This document shows, piece after piece, positions 12,315 to 25,730 of a stretch of DNA of 64,000 bases. Every line of letters starts with the position of its first letter. Position 1 is the stretch's first letter. The stretch spans positions 26,020,919-26,084,918 of the forward strand of contig NC_068985.1 of assembly GCF_001194135.2 (NCBI RefSeq), in the 5' to 3' direction. The DNA is from Octopus bimaculoides (taxonomy: Eukaryota). The notes beneath the pieces are model-generated. The model made no database searches and was not told where the DNA came from. It saw nothing but the letters and a program-made list of their open reading frames with translations. A program made the translations under genes and the position numbers.

Positions 12315-12780
12315 AAGGGCAAGCGAGAGAGTGAGGGAGAGAAACAGAGCAAAGGAGATGGCAGTGATATGCCAGGGCATACTCTCAAGATACAAGGAGA
12401 TGAATGTAAATGGAATGACTGAGGATTGCCCAGGGTGTTTGAGTAGGGAGTTCACAAAAGGACAAAAGAGAAAGAGATGGAAAGGAAGGAATGCAGTGGG
12501 TGGTGAACCACAGGTGTATAGGGGGAGGCAACTGGATAGCATTTATACAATTGGCAAGGAAAGGAGAGGAGAGAGAGACAACCAAGTGATGTTGGGCTGC
12601 AGGTTTTGGGTGGGGAAACAAGCATAATGCATGAAGAAAAGATGAATCTAATTCCTGTGTGCTCTTAGTGCTTATTGTTCCTGCACATCTGCCACATACA
12701 AAGACTACACTTTCTGTTAATCTATCTGCAATACCACTGCATCTCTTATGTATCCATAGTTTACACTGGGTGCAAAAATA
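11885..12780 (-). mobile_element. RTE LINE 3' fragment with tail and internal (GA)/(GACA) repeats
   Basis: Minus strand reads CTQCKLWIHKRCSGIADRLTESVVFVCGRCAG; the tail with (gat)n is in the same orientation at about 11890. Confidence 0.6.
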
Positions 12781-12789
12781 AAAATAATA

Positions 12790-13622
12790 CTGACATCTCA
12801 TTTTAACAGATATATTTATCAAAATTACATGAAAATAACTTGAAATACTAAAGAGTAAATTTATTCAATAAAATAGCCATTGGCTTCAACCACGGCCTCC
12901 AGATGACTTTGGAATCTCCTGCAACTCTTCTTGATGGTTTCCTTATTTAAATTGATGAATGCCGCTATAATTCTTGCCTTCAGTTCATCTTTGGTGTTAC
13001 AAGAAGTTTGGTTGGTTTCTCGCTCAACTGTGCCCCACACATAATAATCAAGGAGGTTGCAGTCCAGGGAGTTAGGTGGTCAGATGTTATGGGTGATGGG
13101 GTTGCAGAAATTGTCTGACAGCCATGACTGGTTCTCCTGCTTATGTGGCATGGCACAGAGTCTTGTGTGGCATGATGCAGAGACATAGGTTCTTCCAGCA
13201 CTCACCCTCTTGACCCAGGGTAGCTCTACCTACTCCAGGCACTTGATGTAGGGCTCTGTGTTGAGTCTGAGGCCACGTGGGAAGATGAATGGAGGCATAA
13301 CGTCACCATCACTAGTGATCACTCTAAACACCATGATATTGACTGGATGTTTGATTCTTACCACTTTCGGTACATGTTTTAGTCACTCAGATTGATGCCC
13401 AACACTCTGAAATGTTCGTATTGGAGCTTCCGGCACAAATGTCAAACAGTACAAGATGTCATTTCCAAATTTCTGGAAGAGTGAATTGCATCATGGTGCT
13501 GTTTTTGTCACAGATGGTACCCAACTGACCCTACTATACTGTGTAGTCAACAAAATCAAAACCAAACAATGTGCATGGGTGAAATTAAAAATATAAAATG
13601 ATGACAATTTATCCATTGCACC

Positions 13623-13625
<3 letters not shown>
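12790..13625 (-). mobile_element. Tc1/mariner (maT/DD37D-like) transposon, deleted and frameshifted
   Basis: Minus strand gives QDSVPCH...SWLSDNF...PPNSLDCNLLDYYVWGTVERETN...ELKARI...GYFIE; TIR cagggtgcaatggataaattg abuts TA at 13626. Confidence 0.8.
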
Positions 13626-13674
<49 letters not shown>

Positions 13675-14297
13675 TCATCATCATCGTTTAACGTCCACTT
13701 TCCATGCTAGCATGGGTTGGACGATTTGACTGAGGACTGGTGAAACCGGATGGCAACACCAGGCTCCAATCTGATTTGGCAGAGTTTCTACAGCTGGATA
13801 TGCTGTAGATGAGGTCTTACATTTGGCCTCCATTCATTTTAATTGATAAACTACATTCCTCATAGTTTGTCAATTAATTAATTGGGCTATATGAATAAAT
13901 ATTGTTAATGCAAAATATAGATTAAAATTTTATTTGGTGGAATTCATGTAAAACATAGAAATTTAATCTTTAAATCTTCTCTTTAGCAAAAAAAAACATG
14001 ATATTTTTTTCCCTTACTGCATAAACTATAAAATTTAACTTATTTCATTTTATTACTGTCTCTATTAACAACTCCAGAAACACAGGTGGGGGGGAGGGTC
14101 CGTGATAAAAAGAGTAACAGACATACATACAAACAGAAAGTGAGAGAGTGTATGTAATTATCTCTTTTATTATGTTTTCAATTTACCATTAAGCCTAAAA
14201 ACATGTTTTCATGGCTTCTGAAAGATTGACAGCATTACCCAGGCTTAGTCTACCGACAGATGTTGACTTTTAGAAAACAACAACTCATAAAGTTGAA

Positions 14298-14310
14298 GTA
14301 CTATGGCAAC
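14298..14310. promoter_or_regulatory. possible RFX X-box
   Basis: GTACTATGGCAAC versus consensus GTTGCCATGGCAAC (perfect GGCAAC half-site), between the candidate minus gene and the TBATA-like gene. Motif match only. Confidence 0.3.
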
Positions 14311-15398
14311 TGACAACTTGTGCGAGGAATTATTTTAGTTTGTTTTGCTCAGAGTATTTTCTATACCACATATTTAAGAGATTTAGAGGCAAGATAGTTG
14401 AGTGAATAGCAGTCTACTAGCTCTTGAGATCAAGAGTTCAAAACTGAAGCATAAATTTCATTTCTCATTTGTGTGATAAGGAATGACAGTATCTTTATGT
14501 TTTAAAGTTCCTTGGAGATGTGGGGGGGGTTAAGATAACAAAGTAATGAGTCTTGCCAACAGGTATAGACTATTATGGATTTCTCTGCCTTTCTATCCTA
14601 TACACAACTTAGCACATTTAGGGATTAGTCTTTCGGAAGCCTGTTGGTAAACCGATCAATTATCTTCTCCTTCTGTCTTTCTCAACTTCTTCATTTTTTG
14701 AATTCCTGTTTGTTATGAAGTACTCAAGGCTTTTTCTTCTCCTATAGTATCCAATGATCTAAGTCTGTTATCTTCTTAAGTTGTCAGGAAACTTTCTAAT
14801 GCTCCTTGTACATCTAACAAATTCAACATTTGTCACTTTATCTCTAGTAATGTTATTATGATGAAATGATTTTTTTTTTCCTTTAAGGAGAGACCATGTC
14901 TGAAACAACAATTTTTTTCTTTCCCTGCTACACAAAGTGTTACAGATTTATTCCATTTTTTTTTTTTTAATTTTAATAAAGGTAGTAATATTCAGTTTGA
15001 ATTTTAATTAGTTGGTGATAATGATTTTGTACAGAAAAAAAGATCTTTTAAGTAAACTGTTTAAACAAAGAAGCTGGTAGCAACATAGTGAGAAAGAATT
15101 TGGAGAAGAGAACTAGAGGCATCAAGTTAACAGCTTATTTACTAGCAAAGTCTGACATCATGTTTAGGACTTGTTAACATACCAAGAAGTGTACTGAACA
15201 AGTCACAAGTCACAGTGGGTTGATAACAGGGATCTTTGTGGTTGTCGTCACTGCATGTTGAAATCTTTAAAAGAATTTTTTAAAGTAATATATAGATGTA
15301 ACTGTTAATGCTGAATCCGAATTTGTTTATTCATTTATTCCAGAAAATTTTGCAAAACTTCTACAGGTGTTCAAACTTTGATAATTTTCAGAATTTTC

Positions 15399-15408
15399 AG
15401 CCAATCAG
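15399..15408 (+). promoter_or_regulatory. CCAAT (NF-Y) box upstream of TBATA-like gene
   Basis: AGCCAATCAG fits the NF-Y consensus and lies about 440 nt upstream of the first coding exon. Confidence 0.35.
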
Positions 15409-15619
15409 AAAACAACGCCTCTTCCATCATCTGTCACAGTAATGAGAAAGTGTGACATGTAAAAACATTAAACTAGCTACAGTAAACAGCAAAAAACATA
15501 AAAAACTTTGTAAGCAAATTAAATATTTAAAAGATACAAGCAAACCAACAGGAGTTGCTAGAAATAACAATCAAAACAGTAGTTAATTTGCTCATGTGTC
15601 TAAAAAGAAAGGTTTTCAA

Positions 15620-15745
15620 CCAGTGTGTGCTGCTTACAATTACATATACATCTAAAAATAGACTACCAACAAGAGCATCGAAAATAAATTAAAAGCAACA
15701 CAAAGAGCCATGGAAAGGAGAATGCTGAAGATTAACAAAAGTATT
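15620..15745 (+). mobile_element. RTE LINE micro-fragment
   Basis: Reads IENKLKATQRAMERRMLKI, the RTE post-RT motif (TQRAMERxML). Confidence 0.55.
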
Positions 15746-15848
15746 AATAATAAACTTGAATTGTTGAAAAACACTATCTTGTAAACTTCACATTTTGCAG
15801 TGCATTGTGTGATATAAAAAGATATTTATTTGCTTTAAATTTTTCAGA

Positions 15849-16029
15849 ATGAATCCTTTTGTAGAGTTAAGTCTGCCAAACGTTTCTTCACCTCGTGGAC
15901 TGCTACTTAACTATGATTCTTCAAGCAGACCACCAGAATCCCGAGGAGGTTATCGTTTTGGACAGCTTAGCAAGAATTCGTTTTTTACCCGACACAACCC
16001 ACATCCAAAAAGAGTTAAACATATAAAAG
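15849..16029 (+). CDS. TBATA: TBATA/SPATIAL-family protein, coding exon 1
   Basis: ttttcag acceptor then ATG. YRFGQLSKNSFFTRHNPHPKRVKHIK matches recalled human TBATA YCFGRLSHHSFFSRHHPHPQHVTHIQ; ag|gtaaaa donor, phase 1. Confidence 0.9.
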
Positions 16030-17947
16030 GTAAAACTGCAATCTTTCCCTTTTCTATACAGCTACAAATAAGAATAATTATTTCTTACCCACAAATATTT
16101 GAGTATGATACAGAGTTAATTATAAGACTTTTAATAAGGAATCTTCAATTAATTGATCAGCTTAAATTTAATGTGTGCATGGGATGTGAGAAGACAATTG
16201 TAGAAGGGATGCCAATTCTGGGTGTCTTTGCAATATAAAGCAGTGAAATAGTTACAAGGAATCAAAACAAGCTTATAAACTTAATTTACCATCTCTCTCA
16301 CTTCCTTATATAGTTTATGTGAACCCATCTCCCTTTTGTCTGTTTTGTTGTCATGGATTGATAGATTCTCTTCTTTCAAGTTATTAGTTCCTGATTCTGC
16401 TGTACTGCTCAATGCCAAAAGTGTGGGTACATGCCGAAGGATGTGTGGGTACATGAATTTCAACCTATGAGTAAAGCCAAATCAACAGACCTACTGTAAT
16501 CACCAGGAGATGACAACCAAAATAACTGGCATTTACAGATGAGAAAAAAATTATATTTAAAACCTTGAATAAACTGACCAAGAAACTCATCCCAGACTAG
16601 TTGCGCTGGAACTTTGTCAGTGACCAATTTGCAGATAGTGCAATGGAAATTTTGACTCCAAATAATAATTAAGTTAGCAGTTTTTGTATGTTTTAAGTGG
16701 CTAATACATGTCTTCAATGCTGTAATTGCTTTAGTTTCAACACATAGACTCAGATCAAATCACTTGCCAGACAGGTAGATCTCTAGTCTTCTAATTTTAT
16801 ATTACTCACCTTCTCTGTATAGTTGCTTAAACAAATTACATTAACAATATAAATTACAGCATAAAAGAAGTATATGTCAGCAAAGGTTGTACTGAAATTT
16901 TATCACTGCCATACTTGTCACATAAAGTGTAACCAAAGTCTACCCACACTACCATCACTACCTCTTATAAAAATCCTGATCACGTTTTTGGAAAGGCCAT
17001 TTCAAATTAAGCTGCTGAGTGACTCTTTGGAGAGGCCATAAAATTCTTTTGTAATTGCAATGCCATTCTCTCTCCACTCCTTCCCCTTACCACCCATATT
17101 TTCTCTCTCTCTCTCTCTCTCTCTCAAATAATCTATTTACTTGTCAGCTGCATAAATCCCTGTTAAGCTTGCACACATGCTGGCTGTCATAAGTACCTCC
17201 TCCTCTTCCTCCTCCTCTCATATTAACTATATGTTACCTGACCAATTTGTTAATTCTTTTATTAAAAAAAAAACATATGATCTAAGAGGTTTTCACTCCT
17301 TGTTTCTTTTCCTGTCTATCAAATCCTTCCTCCTCAAAATGTCAAACCTTTGGAATCCTGCTTTGCTACCCACCACCCACTATCTCTTTCCCTGTAATTG
17401 TCATCTCACAGGTATTCAAACTTAACATTATTCCTACCAATCTCAACAGCTTTAAAGGGCTTGTACAGGACATGGACACTGCTCTTTCTTGCTAATGAAA
17501 CCTTTGAAAAAAAGAGTGAAAATGACATGATGGTGTTCATTATCATCATTATCATAATTATTTGATATGGCTGTTATTATCTGTTTATTTACTCATTAAA
17601 TATTTTTATATCTAGAGGGCATACAGCCTACTGGTTAGGGTGTTACACTCATGGATCACAAGATCATGGCTTCAATTCTTGAAACAGGTGGGGTACAAAA
17701 GACTTCATCCCATGTTGTTCTTTGATCACTTCAAGAGCAGACATGTGGTACACCATGCACCTACTTAAGTAACATCGATTTGATGGAGAGAGTGAATTAA
17801 TGTACAGCACATACATTTAACCACTATAAATATGTAATCATTTTTGCAGATTGTTCTGCAAGAAATTGCAGAACCATTTTTCTCGGACTACGAGAGACTA
17901 CTATCATATTTCATATCTATATCTAAATGATATTTCAATCTTTACAG

Positions 17948-18121
17948 GTTTGCTAGATGTACCAATATGTACAGTACTTGATTGGGACATACCTCCTATT
18001 TCTCCCAGAAAGGATTCAGGATATAAAAATGAAGTGTCTCTTTCTTTTATATCTGACACCGAGCGATTCAAAAGACTAAGACATTTTTACAAAGAGAAAG
18101 TATTACCCAACTATGGACCAT
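17948..18121 (+). CDS. TBATA: TBATA-like coding exon 2
   Basis: tctttacag acceptor; GLLDVPICTVLD continues the motif (human DLTGKPVCVVRD); gtaagt donor, phase 1 to 1. Confidence 0.88.
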
Positions 18122-18652
18122 GTAAGTTCCTTCAATATTTGCTGTTGATTGTTTAGAGTTTTGAAGAGCTTAATGTAATCAACATAATAACAGATAAAAT
18201 ACCCAGTGTTAGTTAGTTATAAGCTTATCCGTTCTTAGTTCTAATCACACTAAGATCAACTTTTTCTTTCTCTTTTCAGGATTAATTTAACCAACTGTTT
18301 CCAGCTTTCAAATTTATAGCTTTGTGCCTACATTAGAAATTGAGATTTTTTAGCATTCCAAAAGTCAATCTGGTGACAGATGGGCCCTACCAAACATACT
18401 TGTCCTCATCACACTTTATGAATATAATCAAACTGAGAGACAATGTTTATAAGATCACTAATACTGAGGGCTAATATAAATCATAAAGAAGTGGTTTGCA
18501 TATTATTACACATTTTTGGTAGCCGGTTAGATAAACTGGTCATAGCTGGATCACCTTTCATCACAGGTTTGCTTGATCAGGGTTGGCCTGGGGCTAAACA
18601 GCTTTTAATACCACATACATCACTACTATATATATATATATATATATATATA

Positions 18653-18992
18653 TTCTTGTGGGGATACCTGAAAGAGAGGGTTTACATCAACAAACTGGAG
18701 TCACTGGTGTAACTGAAGGAGAACATCATTAGAGAAAGCAGAGAAATGGGGTCTGAAACTCTTGATGCTGTTATAGTGCAAGTTTTGGAAAGAGCACAGG
18801 CATACAAAGCTGAAAATGGTCGCCATTTAGGCTATGTCATTTTTCATATGTGATGTAATGGTGTTGCAAAATTTGACTTGTGCATATTAATTTCCATTAT
18901 GTTCCTTTATATTGTATCAAAATTTCATGCATTTGTAAAGTTAAGGAAGCTATTAAAAATTGAAACCCATCAGTGACTTTTGGGACACCCTG
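18653..18992 (+). mobile_element. Tc1/Tc3-like transposon 3' end
   Basis: FLWGYLKERVYINK...LKENI...ENGRHL transposase C-terminus; TIR (reverse complement cagggtgtcccaaaag) abuts TA at 18993. Confidence 0.7.
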
Positions 18993-19988
18993 TATAAAGA
19001 GAGATCATAGAAATATTCTCCAGTGGAGGTATGACATACTAATCTTCTCTGACAGTACCAAGGCACAATCACTACACATATTAAGAAAGCTGTCTTGGAG
19101 TAACACATTATCCCCACACATGAACTATATAAAATTTCACATTTCAACAAATGTTATGTCTCACAGAGTCTGGTGATTTCTTATGATAACTTATCATCAT
19201 CATTTAATGTCCATTTTCCATGCTGGCATGGGTTAGACAGTTTGACAGGAGCTGACTAGGCAGAAGACTGCACTAGGCTTCAGTATCTGTTTTGTCATGG
19301 TTTTTACAGCTGGATGCACTTCCCAACACCAACCATCCTACAGAGTGGACTGAGTGCTTTTTACATGGCACCAGCACAGGCAAGATCAGTTTTGGCATGA
19401 TTTTTACTGCTGGATGCCCTTCGAAATGCCAACTAGTTTACAGTGTGGACTGGATGCTATGCTTTTTATGTGGCACCAGCACTGGCAGGGTCAACAGAAA
19501 TATGTAACCAAAACTGTATCTCAAAGTCTAAGGCCTGGAAATATAGCCCTGATTAGATTTCATGACTTACATTGAATTACTGCTTATTTATCTAAGGGAG
19601 TCCTGCTGCTGTACACATAAATATCCTAGATCACATCCTAAAGTACATGAAGGATATTAGAAAATTTGCTAAAACCCACTCAGCAATTTGTTGCTGTTTC
19701 ACATGTATGCTGCTTCATCCCTGTGTCCCTTCTATTGTAGCTACAAACCCTCTGAACCAGTTACCTACATACCCATCATACCATCTACCTACACTTTGTA
19801 ATCCATGCTGTTTTACTCTCACCTACCCAAGATGCTAAATATTTTGTTCGTCCTCTTGGAGCTTCAACCCTCTACATACATCAGTTTACAAATGCTCAAG
19901 CATCAACCACACCTATCTCATCTTGTATCTAATATTTTAAAATATGTTGTGCATGTTACTATATTTTAAAAATTCATTTCATTTACAG

Positions 19989-20260
19989 TAGCCTTAATGG
20001 AGGATTGGAACGATGAATTCCACAACTTTACAAACCAGCTAGGACTTACATTACAGAATACAAATGTAAAAAGTCAATTTCCTAACAAAGCAAAGGACAG
20101 AAAATCTCATTCAAGTGGTTGTGTGTATTCTTCAGAAACCGGTCGTTTAATTCCGCCTCCATCTAGAGCGATCTCAAAACATCGGATGCATACTGGACAA
20201 AGAGAATTATTAGCCAATCCAGCACTAGGTATAGTTGACCAACAAGAATTAGAAAACACT
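19989..20260 (+). CDS. TBATA: TBATA-like coding exon 3
   Basis: catttacag acceptor; GCVYSSETGRLIPPPSRAI matches recalled human GAKYSAETGRLIPASTRAV; gtgagt donor, phase 1 to 0. Confidence 0.92.
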
Positions 20261-20401
20261 GTGAGTTGCTATCTTTGAACATGAAGAATACATTATTTCT
20301 GTAAATATTCTTATATTTTGATAGGTCTAGGAGTTATTGTTAGTCACTGGTCAGCCTTGACTTGATCTTCGCAAGCAGAGTTTATATATATATGTATATA
20401 T

Positions 20402-21013
20402 NNNNNNNNNNNNNNNNNNNNNNNNNNNNNNNNNNNNNNNNNNNNNNNNNNNNNNNNNNNNNNNNNNNNNNNNNNNNNNNNNNNNNNNNNNNNNNNNNNN
20501 NNNNNNNNNNNNNNNNNNNNNNNNNNNNNNNNNNNNNNNNNNNNNNNNNNNNNNNNNNNNNNNNNNNNNNNNNNNNNNNNNNNNNNNNNNNNNNNNNNNN
20601 NNNNNNNNNNNNNNNNNNNNNNNNNNNNNNNNNNNNNNNNNNNNNNNNNNNNNNNNNNNNNNNNNNNNNNNNNNNNNNNNNNNNNNNNNNNNNNNNNNNN
20701 NNNNNNNNNNNNNNNNNNNNNNNNNNNNNNNNNNNNNNNNNNNNNNNNNNNNNNNNNNNNNNNNNNNNNNNNNNNNNNNNNNNNNNNNNNNNNNNNNNNN
20801 NNNNNNNNNNNNNNNNNNNNNNNNNNNNNNNNNNNNNNNNNNNNNNNNNNNNNNNNNNNNNNNNNNNNNNNNNNNNNNNNNNNNNNNNNNNNNNNNNNNN
20901 NNNNNNNNNNNNNNNNNNNNNNNNNNNNNNNNNNNNNNNNNNNNNNNNNNNNNNNNNNNNNNNNNNNNNNNNNNNNNNNNNNNNNNNNNNNNNNNNNNNN
21001 NNNNNNNNNNNNN
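20402..21013. other. assembly gap (N run)
   Basis: Other gaps: 34537-34546, 49915-50892, 56862-57148, 60946-60957, 62751-62881. Each abuts a microsatellite on at least one side. Confidence 1.
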
Positions 21014-21400
21014 TTCAAGGTCTGCTGTTAATTTCAGACTGGTGGGTGACCACAGCTGTGAGCAGTAATCCAGGCGGCTGAGCACGAATGTCCTCCAGAG
21101 TATCATCATGGTTTCCTTATCTCTGGTTCTGAATGTTCTCAGGATCCATCCAGCCAATCGTCTGCACTTTGTTGCCATTCTGGTAATGTGCACTTGGAAA
21201 GAGGTATCATCACTCATGTCGATACCCAGGTCTTTCACTGATTTAGGCTCTGGGATTGAAATTCCCTGTGGACCAGTGTACTCTGTAAGTTTAATATTCA
21301 GTTTTGGACGTTGGTAGCACAGGGCTTGGAATTTTTCAGCATTAAACTGCATATTATTGTCCTCAGCCCATATATAGATTTGGGTACAAGACGTCACAAA
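21014..21400 (-). mobile_element. CR1/L2-group LINE, RT C-terminal fragment
   Basis: WAEDNNMQFNAEKFQAL...KDLGIDMSDD...GWILRTFRTRD...LSRLDYCSQLWSP. Confidence 0.85.
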
Positions 21401-23229
21401 CTGTAAACAACATGCAATACGAAAGCAAATGAGTTGATATGCAAACAACGAGAGAAACAAATGAAAAACAGGTCAAGTAACATAAAGATTGACCCTTCAT
21501 CAGTTGTCAGCTGTCCACCTACTCCTCATTTCGAGCATTGAATGACATATGAAGTTAAAAGTTATGGCCAGTCATAGAGTGACCATTGGTTTCACACCTA
21601 TAAAACGCTTAGCAGTATAGGCAACTCATCAAACTCAAATGGCTGAAGGTAACCTTTCTACATGAAAAAGAAATACATAACAGTTAGTTGGTTTTGTAAG
21701 CAAAAAATAATTGTCCATGCTGTGAGAAGGACAGGGTTATCCCCCCTTACATCGGCTCTGGCTGTGGTGATATTTGAAGGGGCTGTGGTGGGACTATTGA
21801 ACGAATGGGGAATTCCAAGTTTGAAACTGGAAACATTTTAGATGAGAGCATTGACTGAATACTTCTTTCCTGCTTTACAATCACTGTCATATCTCATGTG
21901 TGGTACACCATGCACATATACAGACAATATTGATTTGACGGAGAAGTGAGTTCATATACAGTACAAACATTTTATCATTATAAACAAATCATTTGTGAAT
22001 GGTATTCATCAAGAAATTGCAGAATCATCTTTCTCAGATTTAAGAGACCAAGAAGAAAGAAAAAAACTGAATAGAATCTGTTTCCAATCGATCAAATTGG
22101 AGTATCAGAGAATTGTATTCTTGGTCCACAGGCATCTAAAAGCATACACTTTTACAGGTTTATGTAACATTCTAACTTTGGTACAAGGTTTCATGTTCAT
22201 AGAGAGAAGCCTTGTTGATACAACCAACTTGTTATCTAATTAATTCAGGAATTTTAAAAAAAGGTTAAGAAAACTTCAGTAGGATTTAAACACAGACTAT
22301 GAAGTTGTGTATCTCAGCACAACACTCTACAGTGTCAACCATTCCACAGTACAACTGATACAAATAATAATAATAATAATTTCCTTCTAGCTCTTAGATG
22401 GGGATTTAATTTTTTTTTTTTAATTTATCAAAATGGATTTTATTGATTGAATCCTACATTATCAATCTCAGAATATAAAAATTTCAGGAAGTGACATCAT
22501 CTGCTCCTCCACAGTCATTTTCTTTCAGTTAGGTAGAAGACTATAATTTTATAGAAGAGATAATAGAGGTGATCATAGTTGCTTCAATATATTATTGATA
22601 GTTATTCTGTTAAAAAAGACAGCAAGCTGGCAGAATTGTTAGCACAATGGGCACAATGCTTAGTGGCATTTCGTCCATTATTATATTCTGTGTTCAAATT
22701 CCACCAAGGTTGACTTTGCCTTTCATCCCTCAGAGAGTGAGGAAATAAGTACCAGCTGAGCATTTGGGCTGAAAGTAATCAATTTGCCTCCTCCCCCAAA
22801 ATTGCTGGCCTTGTGCCAAAATTTGAACGCAATATCTATTCTGCTAATACACAGTGGGAGGGATGAATTTCAAAAACCTCAAGCTTTATATAATATAAAG
22901 TACAGTTTACAACTATTCTGAATTTTCTTGGCCTTAGAACCTCAAAATATTAACTTTTTTTGCTTAAACATAGGCTGTTTTAATGAAGAAGAAATAATAT
23001 GGTTATGTCTGTGACAGACTGTCATCTCATTCAGAGTGGTGGGAGAGTGTTGTAATCTTTGTCACTCATACACTTAGGAACAAGGTAAAGCTGCAGCCTC
23101 ATCAGTCTCTGGACTCGTGAAAAATAAGAAAACAGAATATGGTGATGTGACAGTCAATTTTATTAGCCATCATCTCCATTGCCCAACTAAATCTAAATAT
23201 TAATATGCTTCTTTTTTCTCTTTAATCAG

Positions 23230-23311
23230 GTATTAACTATATTATGTCAGATTCTTCAGACCAGTGATATGGAGGCTATTCAAGGATGGTTAATATGTGC
23301 CAGTGATAAAG
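23230..23311 (+). CDS. TBATA: TBATA-like coding exon 4
   Basis: ctctttaatcag acceptor; VLTILCQILQTSDMEAIQGWLICASDK matches recalled human VLELLCRILETDLLSAIQFWLLYAPPK; ag|gtataa donor, phase 0 to 1. Not in the ORF track. Confidence 0.92.
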
Positions 23312-23324
23312 GTATAAAAATTAA

Positions 23325-23405
23325 CTCTTCAAGCTATAACTATTAACTATTCAAGCTATAGCTATTAACTATTCGAAAATTAACTATTCAAGCTATAAAG
23401 CTATG
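23325..23405. repeat. short minisatellite (about 22-bp unit ttcaagctata.ctattaacta)
   Basis: Three to four imperfect tandem copies just after exon 4. Confidence 0.6.
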
Positions 23406-24184
23406 CTATTTTAGACAGTAAATAATTCATATATATGTATATATGCATGCATATACATATGCATACGCATGCTCATACATGTACATCATCATCATCAACA
23501 TTATTATTATTTTACATCCATGCTATCATGGATTGGACATGCTGACACAGTCCAAGGCAGTTCATATTCAGAATTATTTCCTCTCTAGAGGGCAATATAA
23601 AATAAATTAAATAAATAAATGCAGTATTTGCTAGTGTATAAGATGCATTTTCACATACAACACACCTCTGTTTTACAAGTATACTTTGTGGAAAAAACAA
23701 ATTTAGCATGTTTCATCATATACTTATTGAAAGATATTTTAGAATCGTTTTGTCAGGGAAAATGTAGGATTCTGTGCATGTAAATGCAATGCTGTGACAG
23801 TATATAGGAATAAGTATGATACCATAAACTTCTCATATTTAAACTTTATTTTTCTGGCACTCCATCAGTTACAAGAATGAGTGTTCTGGCTGATCTGATC
23901 AAAAGAACAGCTTGCTTGTGAAATTAATGTGCAAGTAGCTGAGCACTCCCCAGATGCATTTATCCTTAACATTGTTCTGCGGGAGATTCAGTGTAACACA
24001 GAATGTGTTAAGGCTGGTCCTTTGAATCACAAGTAAACCTCATTTTTGCCAGCTGAGTGGACTGGAGCAATATGAAATGTAGTGTCTTGCTCTAGGACAC
24101 AACACACCACTGGAAATAATACTGATGGCCTTATGATCATGAGCTGAATACCCTAACCACTAAGCTATACACCTTATTTATTAT

Positions 24185-24500
24185 TCTTATGGTCAGGCTC
24201 CAGCTTGGGCCATGGCAACAAAGTCCACTTGCCACACTTCTTGGTTCAACATCACTGCCTCAAGGTCCTGAATACACTCCAGGCCAGTGTTTGCAATCAA
24301 GTTGATATGTGATGATGTTTTCCTCTTCTTACATCACCATGAAGTGGGTTCCACAAAACTAATTTAGACGCCTGCAGTTCAGGGTAGCACACATAGAGAC
24401 CAGATAGTTGCAGCCATCTTTGCATGATGTTCTTGCTAACTTTTGGCAGGTTTCCAGGAAGGCATTCATTTGTCATGTTTTGCTGCACTTTCACAAACTA
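24185..24500 (-). mobile_element. RTE LINE 3' coding remnant
   Basis: RWLQLSG...ASKLVLWNPLHGDVRRG resembles the RTE C-terminus (RRLxFAGH...SKLVLW.P..G...RG). Confidence 0.5.
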
Positions 24501-25528
24501 CACTATACTAGCACTATATTTCAACTTATCTTTCAGTACAACCACATATTTGCTTATAGTTTGGTCAACAGAATTGCCATACAAGATGTAATAACTTGTA
24601 TTTTTGACTATGGTATTCTGTGACTGCAATTGACCACAAGAGTGATACACCACTACTATGATTTTGTTGTCATTTACTTATTGCAGACAGATGAAAATTA
24701 AACATTCCTTTCATCTTTCTAGGAGAATTTCCATTTAGATAATTAAAAAAGTTTCTTAAAGTTGATGTAATAATTAATTAAATGATGTAAGACTTATATC
24801 AGGAGTGGGTTATATATCCTGGGGTAGGTATAATGAGATGATGTCACTTGAGCACATAACTACCAATGTACCATAGCAACATTTTGTAAGTCTATATTCA
24901 TATAGACTATAATATTTTAGCTCATTTTTAATATTTTATTATTAGTAACAATTATTGTGCTGAGTAGACTTATGCTTATCCAGCTCTCTAGAGTACAACA
25001 CTTGGTCTCCTATATGTAATACAACATTACACACCAGACAATTTTTTTATACATTTAAAAATAACAAAAAGTGCATCTTATACACCTACAAATATGCTAA
25101 CTCAAGGTTAATTCATTTCCCCTAAGTACCATGAAATAACAGATGACACTTTACTTATAGAAAGTTGGTAAATCTAATCATGTTCTGTTTTGTTTTATGG
25201 TTTGTTTTTTTAGTTACATATTTATTTTTACCTGAAGCAACCACAGATGTCACTAATAATTAACACAATGATATTTGTATTATGAAGTCATACTTTGTAA
25301 TACAAATATGAATGTAAAATTGAAATAAAAGATTTGTTGGATATTGTGCTGGATTCAGTTATGGTTATGCAGACTAATATATAAAAATTTAGTGTCTTTC
25401 CTATGGACATCATGCATTGTCTTACAACAGATATAAAGCAATTGTTGGGTTCTTTGACTGGGACTACTTCTGTATTACTTGATATTAACCATATTAAATC
25501 AATTGTTTAATTAAATTTTATGTTCCAG

Positions 25529-25730
25529 AAAAAAATTTGGTGAGCAACTTGATAAAAGCAGCTGTTCTTAGCCAAACGAATAACAGTGTTAATGTTCAAA
25601 ATGTGAATGGCAGAGAGCATCACCAAATAACAACTCTGCCACCTATAAGAGAGAACACAGCAGTTAAGGATATAACCTTTTCCAATAATATTAATCAAGA
25701 AAACAGGAAAAAATCTTCAAAAGTAGACAG
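25529..25730 (+). CDS. TBATA: TBATA-like coding exon 5
   Basis: tgttccag acceptor; EKNLVSNLIKAAV matches recalled human EKDLALGLLQTAV; ag|gtaacc donor, phase 1 to 2. Confidence 0.85.

Noticed and set aside
16440-16680. ORFs 16281..16463 and 16460..16717 (-) nested in TBATA intron 1
   Set aside because: The plus strand shows a stop-riddled LAFTDE (LAFADD-like) RT remnant, so these are probably antisense of a decayed LINE; too weak to list as a feature.
20344-21460. Long ORFs containing X runs (also 49839..51035, 56741..57211, 62739..62960)
   Set aside because: Artefacts of N gaps. The 49915-50892 gap could hide an extra symmetric exon of the giant gene, which cannot be assessed here.
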